The notes: generated from the sequence alone by a model not told the origin. DNA of 32,000 nt from Nitrosomonas europaea (GCF_900167395.1 NZ_FUWK01000031.1:1-32000), one strand, 5' to 3'. Shown: positions 8,266-16,934, numbered from the stretch's first letter. Numbers and translations are program-made.

Positions 8266-9183
8266 ATGGATCGATTCGAAAATATGAATGCGTTTGTGCG
8301 TGTTGTGGAAACAGGTAGCATCAGTGCGGCTGCCGATCGCATGGATATAGCCAAATCCGTTGTCAGCCGGCGTTTGAAGGAGCTTGAGGAACATCTGGGG
8401 GTGGAATTGTTTCACCGCACCACGCGGCAAATGAATCTCACCGATAGCGGGCGCGCCTTTTATCAGCAATCCGTGCGCATCCTCGCTGATGTTCTCGAAG
8501 CCGAGCACGCCACGTCGCAGTTTCACGGCAGGTTGAAAGGTCATTTGAAAGTGGCGGTTCCGCTCAGTTTTGGCTTGATGCATCTGGGGGCCGCCATCTC
8601 CACCTTTCTGCAAACTCATCCGGATATCGAATTTGATCTGGATTTCAATGACCGGCAGGTCGATTTGCTGGCGGAAGGTTTTGATCTTGCCATCCGCATC
8701 GCAAACCTGCCCGATTCCAGCTTGATCGCACGTCGCCTTGCACCTATTCAGGCTGTCATGTGTGCCAGCCCGGCATACCTTGAGCGCATGGGCACGCCGC
8801 AAGCGCCGGAAGAACTCATCCGGCATCGCTGCCTGGTTTATAACCTGGTCAGTCACAGCGATAACTGGAATGTTTATGGCACCACGGGAGAGTTGATCAA
8901 AACCCGGATCATTCCCTATCTCAAGGCCAGTAACGGGGAATTTCTCCGTGATGCTGCCGTCGATGGTCTGGGTATCGTATTGCTGCCAACTTTTATCGTT
9001 TACCGGGAAATCCAGCGCGGTGCATTGATCCCGATATTGACCGGATACCACTACGCCCAGCTGGCTGCTTATGCCATTTACCCGCAAACCCGCCACCTCT
9101 CGCAGCGGGTTCGGGCATTTGTCGATTTTCTAAGCCAGCGGTTTGAAGGGATGCCTTACTGGGATGCGTGTCTGAATCAATAA
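8266..9183 (+). CDS. LysR family transcriptional regulator
   Basis: N-terminal HTH MDRFENMNAFVRVVETGSISAAADRMDIAKSVVSRRLKELEEHLGVELFHRTTR followed by an LTTR substrate-binding domain. AGGAGG lies 6 nt upstream of the ATG at 8266. Divergent from pirin-DoxX. Confidence 0.92.
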   Translation: MDRFENMNAFVRVVETGSISAAADRMDIAKSVVSRRLKELEEHLGVELFHRTTRQMNLTDSGRAFYQQSVRILADVLEAEHATSQFHGRLKGHLKVAVPLSFGLMHLGAAISTFLQTHPDIEFDLDFNDRQVDLLAEGFDLAIRIANLPDSSLIARRLAPIQAVMCASPAYLERMGTPQAPEELIRHRCLVYNLVSHSDNWNVYGTTGELIKTRIIPYLKASNGEFLRDAAVDGLGIVLLPTFIVYREIQRGALIPILTGYHYAQLAAYAIYPQTRHLSQRVRAFVDFLSQRFEGMPYWDACLNQ

Positions 9184-9192
9184 GGATTTTTG

Positions 9193-10188
9193 CTACTTCA
9201 CCAGCCAGCGGGTCGCCATACCTGCGATCATGTGATCGTTGACATGGCAATGAAACAGCCAGTTGCCCGGTGAGCGGGGAACCATGTCGACGGAAGTCAT
9301 GCTGGCCGGCATGATTTCGACGACATCGGTTCTGCGGCCATGATCGAGCACGGTTTGCCCGTGCCAGTGTACGGTATGGTTGTCCACTTCATTGCCCAGT
9401 GCGACCAGATGCCAGCGGACACGCTGTCCGCGTCTGGTTTCAAAACCGGACAGATTGCCGAAAATCCGGCCGTTGATCGCATGTTTCAGGCCGCTTTCCT
9501 CATCGTTTTCCTCGTTGAAGATCATGTACAGCGCGATGAATTCCTGATCGACATCGCGCGGAGCCGGATTCTTGTCTGAATACGCCTTGCCGGCAGCTGT
9601 GATGATGAGGGTTCCGATCAGTCCCAGATTGACTTCTTCCTCTGCCATCACGTGCGAGTGATACAGCCAGACGATGGATGAAGGATCACCCGGGCCGGGG
9701 CCGGCATCCTGGTCGACGATCCAGGTATAAGTGTAGCGCTCACCCGGTGGAATACTGCCACCCTTGCCGCCATCTGCACCCTCGTTGTCCTTATCGTACA
9801 TCACGCCGTGAGGGTGCATGGAAAGTGGCATATCGGTCTTGTTCAGAAAATGGATTTTGATGGTATCACCTACCGCAGCACGGATCGTGGGGCCCAGAAT
9901 CCCCATCCACTCCGGCTGGGGCAGGGGGTGAGAGTAACTGCCATCGGTATAACCGATATAACGATATTTGGTGTAAGTCAGGGTTTTACCCCAGACTCCC
10001 AGATCACTTGCGAGATCGATCTGGTTTGCACCGGTCGGTGCGTAATTCCAGTCTGTTTTTTCCGCTGCAATCCAGTATTCCCGTACTTTCCCGGCTTGCG
10101 CCAGAGAGGATGACAGAGACAGGAAAATCAGGATAAACAGGGTCAGGCAGGAATACAAAAACGGGTTATTGTTTCTTCTGGTGTGCAT
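9193..10188 (-). CDS. secreted two-domain multicopper oxidase, ceruloplasmin-like; start uncertain (10188 or 10245)
   Basis: All four Cu-ligand motifs are present: HPHG, WLYHSHV, HTVHWHG, HCHVNDHMIAGM. The N-terminal block REYWIAAEKTDWNYAP resembles ceruloplasmin/hephaestin domain starts. Signal peptide LTLFILIFLSLSSSLAQA. Confidence 0.85.
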   Translation of the reverse strand: MHTRRNNNPFLYSCLTLFILIFLSLSSSLAQAGKVREYWIAAEKTDWNYAPTGANQIDLASDLGVWGKTLTYTKYRYIGYTDGSYSHPLPQPEWMGILGPTIRAAVGDTIKIHFLNKTDMPLSMHPHGVMYDKDNEGADGGKGGSIPPGERYTYTWIVDQDAGPGPGDPSSIVWLYHSHVMAEEEVNLGLIGTLIITAAGKAYSDKNPAPRDVDQEFIALYMIFNEENDEESGLKHAINGRIFGNLSGFETRRGQRVRWHLVALGNEVDNHTVHWHGQTVLDHGRRTDVVEIMPASMTSVDMVPRSPGNWLFHCHVNDHMIAGMATRWLVK

Positions 10189-10289
10189 GGATAGGTTCTT
10201 TAAAACAAATTTTTGATAACCATGATCGAAATACCAACGATTCAATCATGACTAAAGAATCTGCTGAAGGCGGAGACAGCCTGCGGTGA

Positions 10290-11096
10290 TCAGGCCGCAG
10301 ACCGATTGAGAAAGTCAGTTTCGGAGTTGTGGCAATCACCCCGGGCAAGGGTTTCCACTGCCTTGCCGAAAGTGACCAGATCAGAACGCTCCAGCATGAC
10401 GCAGTTTTTGCCGGTACGCTGACAATAGCGTCTGACGGTGAAAAAATCCTCATGATTGATACAGTCAACCGGGCAAATGATGCTGTCTACACGAGCGAGC
10501 AGGGCAAGCAGGCATTCACTGTTATCCTGTGCACCGCCACGAAACACCATGAAATGTCCCCCGGCAGCTTCAATCAACTGATGGTAATTCGGATAGAGTG
10601 CAGCACGCCCACCGATACACAGGACAGACTGGCCCGCCAGATGATGACTGCTTTTCAGACGATCAATGGCCAGATAAGCATGATATTGATGCGGCAGGCC
10701 TGTTCTGATCCAGCGTAAATCCTCGTCATCAGATACTTGGGGGAGATGTGTGTCAGTACGGCTGTCGATCTGAACTTCAGTGTGAATAGAGTTTGCAGGT
10801 GAACGCCGGGTTGTATTCGCGGAAACAGTACCAGGCAAGGCCATACGGACCAGGTGATAAAGGTGCTTCAGCCGTGATTCCAGCTCTCGCCCCAGTTTCA
10901 GTGTGCGTTGTTTGTAGTGATGGAAAAGCGAATTGCAGAGGATTTCATTCTGATAGATTCCGGACAGTTTACCGGGATGGAGTTGCGCACCCTGATATGC
11001 CGGCTCCAGTACTGTTCTTTGGAAGAATTTCATGATCGATTCCGTATCAGAAAAAAGGCTGGCTTGCCCGGGAGGAGGGGGCTGGCTTGCCGTCAC
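10290..11096 (-). CDS. DUF2325-like domain protein (short paralog); start uncertain (11096 or 11033)
   Basis: The C-terminal block SVLCIGGRAALYPNYHQLIEAAGGHFMVFRGG...VDSIICPVDCINHEDFFTVRRYCQRTGKNCVMLERSDLVTF aligns with the C-terminus of the 15530-16849 product. It fits my recollection of Pfam DUF2325. Confidence 0.7.
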   Translation of the reverse strand: MTASQPPPPGQASLFSDTESIMKFFQRTVLEPAYQGAQLHPGKLSGIYQNEILCNSLFHHYKQRTLKLGRELESRLKHLYHLVRMALPGTVSANTTRRSPANSIHTEVQIDSRTDTHLPQVSDDEDLRWIRTGLPHQYHAYLAIDRLKSSHHLAGQSVLCIGGRAALYPNYHQLIEAAGGHFMVFRGGAQDNSECLLALLARVDSIICPVDCINHEDFFTVRRYCQRTGKNCVMLERSDLVTFGKAVETLARGDCHNSETDFLNRSAA

Positions 11097-11185
11097 AAAT
11101 CACTGGAAGAGGAGAGAGAACTGCCAGTGATTACCAGGAAAGTTGATGTTTGTCAGCGTGAGAGTACATCATGCAGGTTTACGGA

Positions 11186-11383
11186 TTACTTCGTCAGTAT
11201 CAGTTTGTCATTACGCGTCAGACGTAAATGATACTGTTCTCCTCGATGCTGAATGAGTACTTCTTTGCCTGTTCCAAACAGGTTTTCACTGCTGATCAGT
11301 TTGATGGGGAACTGTGCAAATGGCGAAACCAGCTCATTGTTTAGCCCGGGATCTGCGTGGTATTTGACATCGACCGAGTTCAT
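11186..11383 (-). CDS. hemP: hemin uptake protein HemP
   Basis: 65 aa ending GKEVLIQHRGEQYHLRLTRNDKLILTK, the characteristic HemP C-terminus. A Fur-box-like site lies directly upstream. Confidence 0.85.
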   Translation of the reverse strand: MNSVDVKYHADPGLNNELVSPFAQFPIKLISSENLFGTGKEVLIQHRGEQYHLRLTRNDKLILTK

Positions 11384-11409
11384 ATTTCACTCCATCTGAA
11401 TTTATGAAT

Positions 11410-11428
11410 GAGAATGATTATCATTATA
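11410..11428 (-). promoter_or_regulatory. Fur box candidate upstream of hemP
   Basis: GAGAATGATTATCATTATA matches 16/19 positions of the consensus GATAATGATAATCATTATC. It sits in the 119-nt gap between the heme receptor stop and the hemP start. Confidence 0.6.
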
Positions 11429-11502
11429 GTGATAAAAATAATTTATGCAAGCTTTTTTCTGAAAATATTTTTGAGAAATATTCCATAGCAATAGGTTCCG
11501 GA

Positions 11503-13596
11503 TCAGAACTGGTATGAAACGGCCAGTTTGTAGTTGCGTCCCGGATCTCTTAGCACGTTAAGGTGGCGCCGGTAATCTTTATCGGTCAGATTGTCGATTC
11601 CGAAATCCAGCCGTACACCTTTTAATGAGCCATTCTGCGGCAGCCAGGTCAGTGTCAGGTCATGCAATGTATAGCCAGGTGTAGGCGTTCCACCGGTTGG
11701 CACACGATTCTGTGCTTCGATGATGCTGCTGCGCCAGCCGAGGGAAAGGTCGTAGGTCGGCCAGTTCAGACCGGCCATTACAATCCATCTATCCGGCTGG
11801 ACATTGGACAATACTCCTCCATCCGTCCGGTTGTAGCCGCGCGTCTGGGAATAGGAGAAGCCGGTATAGCCGTATTTGGCTGCATAGTTTGCCTCTATTT
11901 CGAATCCTTCCAGTACGGCATCACGCACATTGTCACTGGTCGTGACGCCTCCTCTGCCAGGGTTACCGGGGACCGGGAAGAACACGAAGTCGACCATCAG
12001 GTCGACGAAATCTTTGACCTTGTTATGAAAATAGGCTCCCCGGATAGCCAGGCGATCATCCTCATACAGCAGATCAGATTTCTGTATGCGTGCTCCCACC
12101 TCTTTGTTGAATGCTGTTTCCGGTTTGAGATTGGGGTTGGGTACGAACAGATTGGCACAGCCCGGGCCGCAGGTGAAATGGGTCCCGGTGGTAAACAGTT
12201 CACCCAGTGTCGGAGCACGGAATGCTTCACTGTAATTGCCGATGAGTGAAAACCATTCGGTAACCTTGAACAATCCGCCGATTTTGAAGTTGACGCGGTC
12301 ATTTTTATTGGCGCTGGTAGCCATGCCTTCGGCTTCACTGCGGAAATAGTCCCAGCGTACACCGGGAATCAGCGACAACCGATCCCACAACGTAATTTCA
12401 TCCTGCAGGAACACACCTACTACATCTGCGTTACCCCGGGGGAATTCCGGTCGTATGGCACCGTTACGTTTTCCTTTGGCTTCATTGTGAAAATAATCGA
12501 CCCCGTAGGTAATCAATTGGGTGGCGAAGCTGCTCAGATCGAGACGTGAGCTGTTACGCGCATTGATACCCGTGGTGGAAAAATCGGTCTCGTCACGTCT
12601 CCGGTCAAGCAGTCGTTTCTCAAGGCTGTGAGTCGTGTTGTGATAAACCAGCACTTCCGGGTTCAACCAGGTATTGTCAGGATTCTCGTAGCGATAGCGC
12701 AATGTGTAATTGCGTTGTTCGGTGTCCCGATCTACCAGGGTATCCGGGGTGGAAGCCGTTTGTGAATTGGCAGGGACTTTGCCAGTCTGATCAAAGGTCT
12801 GCGTGGAAAATGTGAAGCGATGATCGCCCGGTGTCCAGTTGAATTTGGCCAGACCGGCATAGGATTGAAACTGAGAGTTTTGCAGTTTGGAACCATCACC
12901 ATGGCGGATATCATCGGCCGCATTGCGGTAAGAGAAATCCAGCAGATAGTCGAACTCTTCTCCAACCAGACCGTAAATGCTGGTTCCGGGGATATATTGC
13001 TCATTCATACTCTGGAATCCTCCCCTGACCTTGATCCCGGAGCGTTCACCCGGGCGCAGAAGATCGGTTGCATCCAGCGTGGTGAAGGAAATGACACCAC
13101 CGAGGGCACCACTTCCCCAGATTGCAGAAGCCGGGCCGCGCATGACATCTACTCGCTTGAGCAGGCTCGGGTCAGTGAAAATACGGGCATTATGCCCCCG
13201 GTTGAAATCCTGTCTGGCTCCATCCAGCAGGAACAGAATGCGATCATCGGCCATGCCGCGTATCGTCGGGCTGATGCCCAGGTTGCGTGGCCCTCCGCCC
13301 AGATCGATATTGGGCAGATAACGCAGCACATCACCGATATCGGCTGCCTGTCGGGTTCGTATCTGTTCGGTATCGACTACACTGACTGATTCCGGTATTT
13401 CACTGACCTTCCGGCTGGTACGGGTAGCGGTAACGGTGACTTCCTGCAGATTGGTAGCGGTAATGAGTTTGCCGGCAGGCTCAGTATCGGCCGATGCAGT
13501 TTCTGCATGAGCAGGATGGATAAACAGCGAAAAAGTAACGGTGGTGGCAAGATAAACCTTCCAGCCAGCCGAACGACATTTGAACCTTGAAAACAT
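11503..13596 (-). CDS. TonB-dependent heme/hemoprotein outer-membrane receptor
   Basis: 697 aa. Signal peptide ending HPAHA. Plug and barrel motifs. Heme-receptor signature YSEAFRAPTLGELF...GTHF...NPNLKPE (FRAP and NPNL boxes with an intervening His). C-terminal YQF. Confidence 0.9.
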   Translation of the reverse strand: MFSRFKCRSAGWKVYLATTVTFSLFIHPAHAETASADTEPAGKLITATNLQEVTVTATRTSRKVSEIPESVSVVDTEQIRTRQAADIGDVLRYLPNIDLGGGPRNLGISPTIRGMADDRILFLLDGARQDFNRGHNARIFTDPSLLKRVDVMRGPASAIWGSGALGGVISFTTLDATDLLRPGERSGIKVRGGFQSMNEQYIPGTSIYGLVGEEFDYLLDFSYRNAADDIRHGDGSKLQNSQFQSYAGLAKFNWTPGDHRFTFSTQTFDQTGKVPANSQTASTPDTLVDRDTEQRNYTLRYRYENPDNTWLNPEVLVYHNTTHSLEKRLLDRRRDETDFSTTGINARNSSRLDLSSFATQLITYGVDYFHNEAKGKRNGAIRPEFPRGNADVVGVFLQDEITLWDRLSLIPGVRWDYFRSEAEGMATSANKNDRVNFKIGGLFKVTEWFSLIGNYSEAFRAPTLGELFTTGTHFTCGPGCANLFVPNPNLKPETAFNKEVGARIQKSDLLYEDDRLAIRGAYFHNKVKDFVDLMVDFVFFPVPGNPGRGGVTTSDNVRDAVLEGFEIEANYAAKYGYTGFSYSQTRGYNRTDGGVLSNVQPDRWIVMAGLNWPTYDLSLGWRSSIIEAQNRVPTGGTPTPGYTLHDLTLTWLPQNGSLKGVRLDFGIDNLTDKDYRRHLNVLRDPGRNYKLAVSYQF

Positions 13597-13728
13597 AACA
13601 TTCCCCCAGAAAATAAATTATTTCCGGCTGACTGGCTCAATGCTGGCTGGCTGGTTAGAACAGGTCTTCAAATCAACCTGAATTTTTATTAGATTCGGGT
13701 AATGGCAACAAGCAGCCATTACAGATAC

Positions 13729-15450
13729 TTAACGACCAAGTGCCTCTTTGTGCAGATTGATCCCCTGACGAATTTGTTCATCTACCCATTGAGTAAATAA
13801 GGGGTGGGGGGCAAAACCCTCACCCAGTTCGAATTCCAGTCCGGCAAGGAACCGCTTTTCCGGCCCGACGGAAGTGGTACGGGTAGGGATGACGATCACC
13901 CTGTCACCTTGCTTGCTGGCTTCGGTGACCATGGCTCTTACTTTTTTGACCCAGGGTGCCCGTTTGTCCGGCCAATCCTCACGCCAGGTGGCAACTTTGA
14001 ATGCCTTGAATTTCTGGCCTCCCTGATCATGCATCTGGCTGGCAATGCTGTTGAGTTTCTCCAGCCATTCATCATTTTTCCGATCATCCTGAGTGCCGTG
14101 TGCGGTCAGAATCACTGTTTCTCTGGCCGGATCTTTGGAGAGTGCCAGTACGCGATCGAACAATGCACTGGCAAACAGGGGGTTGTCTTCGTAGCCGCCT
14201 GTCCAGATAACCGGCAGAGACGTCAGGATTCTGGGAACCGGTGTGCTGGATTTTGCATGTCCCCCATGCCCTCCATGGCTGCCGTGTCCACTGTTGTTGT
14301 CATGTATGTGGTCGTCCTGATTTTCGATATCCAGACCGGCCAGATAACCGATTTCATTGCGATAGGAGCTGCGGCTGGCAAAGGCGCTGACAACAATGGC
14401 TGCTTTTGCGCCGCGCTGTTCCAGTTTGTGCAGGGCACGTTCGATCGTGTATGGATCCGCCATGGAAAAGGCAAATTCGATTTTGTAGCGTTTCATCAAT
14501 GGCTCTACCGCTACGCGCAGATTTTCATTCCAGTGAAAGTCGGAGCCATGAGCAAACAGGATGACACCGGTATCTTCTTCGGCCAGAGGCAGATTGCGGC
14601 TGGCTTCGCGCTCCATCCACATGGCCAGATGCTGTGGTTCGATCTCGAAGTGATTGAGTGCTGCGTTTTCAGGCAACAGCCGTTCCAGCCGTGATTCGAG
14701 TGACATCATGCTGTCGTATTTGGGGCCGAGGGCGAATGCAATCACCTGATTTTTATTGTTTTTGGTAGCCGTGCCCAAAGATGACAATGCAGTGGCAAGC
14801 TGCTGTTTTGTCTTGTTGCCATAACTTTCCGGTTCTTCGTCTTTTTGTGCTTCCAGAAGAATCAGAGAGTTGATCGAACGAAAACTGACTCCCTGTGATG
14901 CCTGTTTGACAATGCGCATCCAGTCGTCATACATCGCCCGTCGGTGAGTATCGTTCTGTGCCCCGTAACCCACTACCAGCAGATGTTGCTGAGCGGTATG
15001 CTGCATGCCGCGCAAGCGGGTGGCGAGTGCCTCGACAGCGAAATAGCTTTCTCCGTAAGGTTTCGTGAAAGTCACAGGGATCGTCTGGTTTTCTTCCGTG
15101 ACCAGTGTGCGGATGAGCTGATAGCGCGGTTCTGCAGCAGAAATGAATAGTGGCAGTACGACGATACGGCCTATATTCTGCTGGTGCAGGCTGGCGAGAC
15201 CGGATTGCAGCGTTTGCCGGGTGCGCTCGTCAGTAACAAAGACCAGTGCAGCCGGGTGATTGGCTGAGAACGATGCAAAAGCATCACGGATTTCTTCATT
15301 ACCGACAAATCCCCGGTCAGCTGCAACTATCAGGAAACCGGTCTGATCGGCCGGTTTCAGTTCGGCCGCGTGCGCCGATCCTGCAAGCAGAGCGAACATC
15401 AATAAATAAAACCATGCAGCGGTTTGGATTGTTTTAATCCAGAAAAGCAT
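13729..15450 (-). CDS. secreted protein built from repeated CbiX/SirB-like (class II chelatase-like) modules with an internal His/Gly-rich loop
   Basis: GGAGGAAAT SD upstream of the ATG at 15450, giving the signal peptide MLFWIKTIQTAAWFYLLMFALLAGSAHA. Repeated strand-loop motifs IVAADRG / VVGYGAQ / ILFAHGS / ILTAHGT, each followed by VVLPLF / VVSAF / VIVIPT-type strands. His-rich HIHDNNSGHGSHGGHGGH. The family call is from memory. Confidence 0.65.
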   Translation of the reverse strand: MLFWIKTIQTAAWFYLLMFALLAGSAHAAELKPADQTGFLIVAADRGFVGNEEIRDAFASFSANHPAALVFVTDERTRQTLQSGLASLHQQNIGRIVVLPLFISAAEPRYQLIRTLVTEENQTIPVTFTKPYGESYFAVEALATRLRGMQHTAQQHLLVVGYGAQNDTHRRAMYDDWMRIVKQASQGVSFRSINSLILLEAQKDEEPESYGNKTKQQLATALSSLGTATKNNKNQVIAFALGPKYDSMMSLESRLERLLPENAALNHFEIEPQHLAMWMEREASRNLPLAEEDTGVILFAHGSDFHWNENLRVAVEPLMKRYKIEFAFSMADPYTIERALHKLEQRGAKAAIVVSAFASRSSYRNEIGYLAGLDIENQDDHIHDNNSGHGSHGGHGGHAKSSTPVPRILTSLPVIWTGGYEDNPLFASALFDRVLALSKDPARETVILTAHGTQDDRKNDEWLEKLNSIASQMHDQGGQKFKAFKVATWREDWPDKRAPWVKKVRAMVTEASKQGDRVIVIPTRTTSVGPEKRFLAGLEFELGEGFAPHPLFTQWVDEQIRQGINLHKEALGR

Positions 15451-15529
15451 ATTTCCTCCGGGTTGTGAATCGTAAAATGTATTGATGGATAAGGGTTCGT
15501 CTGTCATGCAGGCAGACTGCGCCGTAGTG

Positions 15530-16849
15530 TTATGTCGTGGTTTCAACTGTATCGACGGGAGAACTGTTGATACTGGCCTGGCCTGATGTGATTTTTGTCA
15601 GTGCTGCTGCAAAGCTGGAAACACCGGTACCCTTGAACAGCAGGCAGGGTTTATGCCCCAGCCGGCAAAGCCTTTTGACCTGATAGTAAGCGGCGTGACT
15701 GACGTAATCAGTCGGGCAGATCACTGCTGCAGCGCCATAGATCATTTCCGGCAAGCGCGAAAGTGCATCTTCCTGGCCGCCATCATGGTGTGATAATTTG
15801 AGGCCAAGCTGTCTGGCAAGTGTGCGGTATTGCGGCAGCAGCGTGGACCGGCCGCCTACGCACAGAATGCACTCGTAAGCAGCCATTTTCGTTTCGGTTG
15901 TATCCGCTGTTTCTGTATCTGTGGTGCTGCCAGAATTGAGGGTCAGCAGCAGATTTTCCAGTGTATCCCGCTCGACGCGAAGGGTATCGCGTTCGTGATA
16001 GAGCTCGGTCAGGTTGTGGCAGGCATTTTTGAGTGATTGCTTGAGATCATCGGCCTGTGCTGCTTTGATCTGCAGCTGCTCGTTTTCCACCGTTAGTTGC
16101 ATCAGGCGCTGACCCATTCGCAGTATGGCCTGGCCTGATTCCAGTGTTTCCAGCCGTTGGCGGGTGGTCTCGCTTTCTCGCCGGGATTGCTGCAACTGCT
16201 TGATTTCAGCCGCGGCCTGTTGCAGTTGCTGGCGCAGGCGCGATTCGGTCTGTACGTGCTTCTCTCTGATCTGTTCCAGTTGCCCGGCCAGTTCCTTCAG
16301 CATTTGTTCTGCCTGGTTGAGCCGGTGCTGCGTGGCTGACAGCTCGGCAACCGCTTCATGCATGTGCATGTGAACCCTGTCATGGATCTGCTCTCTGCCT
16401 TCGGAGCTGATCCGTTTGTGGGTGAGTGCTGCCCATAATGGACCGGCTATTCTTTCGTTGGTAAAACAGGTTTCCCAAAGCGCCAGCACCTCGCTGTCGG
16501 TTTTGGCGGCGTCGAACTGTTTAATGTGGCTTTCGTACAATCTGTCCAGATATTTATGAATCGTTTCCGATACGACGTTTCTGGAGGTTACGCGGCAGAC
16601 TGCTTCAACGTGCAGATCGTGCGCATTGTTTATCGAAGCTTTGAAATGAAAGCGTTTGGCAAAACGCTCGAGATCCGAGGCGGGCAGACAAAGGCCGATG
16701 ACAGGACAGTGATAGGTTCTGCTCAGTTCCCAGATTTTTGAACGCTTCACCGGGGGAGAAGGGGAATCGGTTACCATAATCTCGGGCGATCCATCTCCTG
16801 CTAATAAAGCATCGATTCCCGACTGTCGCAGAATGGCAGGTGCATGCAT
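15530..16849 (-). CDS. DUF2325-like domain protein (long paralog) with a central coiled coil
   Basis: GAGGAGA SD upstream of the ATG at 16849 (MHAPAILRQ). N-terminal HCPVIGLCLP block. Long Q/E/L/R-rich heptad region (LNQAEQMLKELAGQLEQIREKH...). C-terminal CILCVGGRSTLLPQYRTLARQLGLKLSHHDGG...VICPTDYVSHAAYYQVKRLCRLGHKPCLLFKGTGVSSF. Confidence 0.7.
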   Translation of the reverse strand: MHAPAILRQSGIDALLAGDGSPEIMVTDSPSPPVKRSKIWELSRTYHCPVIGLCLPASDLERFAKRFHFKASINNAHDLHVEAVCRVTSRNVVSETIHKYLDRLYESHIKQFDAAKTDSEVLALWETCFTNERIAGPLWAALTHKRISSEGREQIHDRVHMHMHEAVAELSATQHRLNQAEQMLKELAGQLEQIREKHVQTESRLRQQLQQAAAEIKQLQQSRRESETTRQRLETLESGQAILRMGQRLMQLTVENEQLQIKAAQADDLKQSLKNACHNLTELYHERDTLRVERDTLENLLLTLNSGSTTDTETADTTETKMAAYECILCVGGRSTLLPQYRTLARQLGLKLSHHDGGQEDALSRLPEMIYGAAAVICPTDYVSHAAYYQVKRLCRLGHKPCLLFKGTGVSSFAAALTKITSGQASINSSPVDTVETTT

Positions 16850-16915
16850 ACGGTATCTCCTCGTGGTGAAAATATCAGTCTGGATCAGACAGAATGGATT
16901 GCATTTAATACTAAT

Positions 16916-16934
16916 AATAACAATTATCATTAAC
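16916..16934 (-). promoter_or_regulatory. weaker Fur box candidate in the divergent region upstream of the long DUF2325-like gene
   Basis: AATAACAATTATCATTAAC matches 14/19 positions of the Fur consensus. It lies 67-85 nt upstream of the ATG at 16849. Confidence 0.4.

Noticed and set aside
8254-9096. 280-aa minus-strand ORF opposite the LysR gene
   Set aside because: It lies entirely antisense to a gene with clear LTTR motifs, and its product has no recognisable motifs. It is a typical shadow ORF in a sequence of this GC content.
13609-13625. AT-rich near-palindrome GAAAATAA-A-TTATTTCC just upstream of the heme receptor start, considered as a Fur/Zur-type box
   Set aside because: It matches the Fur consensus poorly. 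It also sits immediately next to the SD and start codon rather than at a promoter, so I could not support it as an operator.
13804-14694. 296-aa plus-strand ORF opposite the CbiX-like gene
   Set aside because: The minus-strand frame has an SD, a signal peptide and repeated domain motifs. The plus-strand product is low-complexity and Cys/Gly/Phe-rich.
16125-16373. Cys/Ser-rich 82-aa plus-strand ORF (and 16157-16339) that looks like a small cysteine-rich peptide
   Set aside because: It is the antisense reading of the CAG/CTG/GAG-rich coiled-coil segment of the DUF2325-like gene. The repetitive codons create the apparent Cys/Ser pattern.
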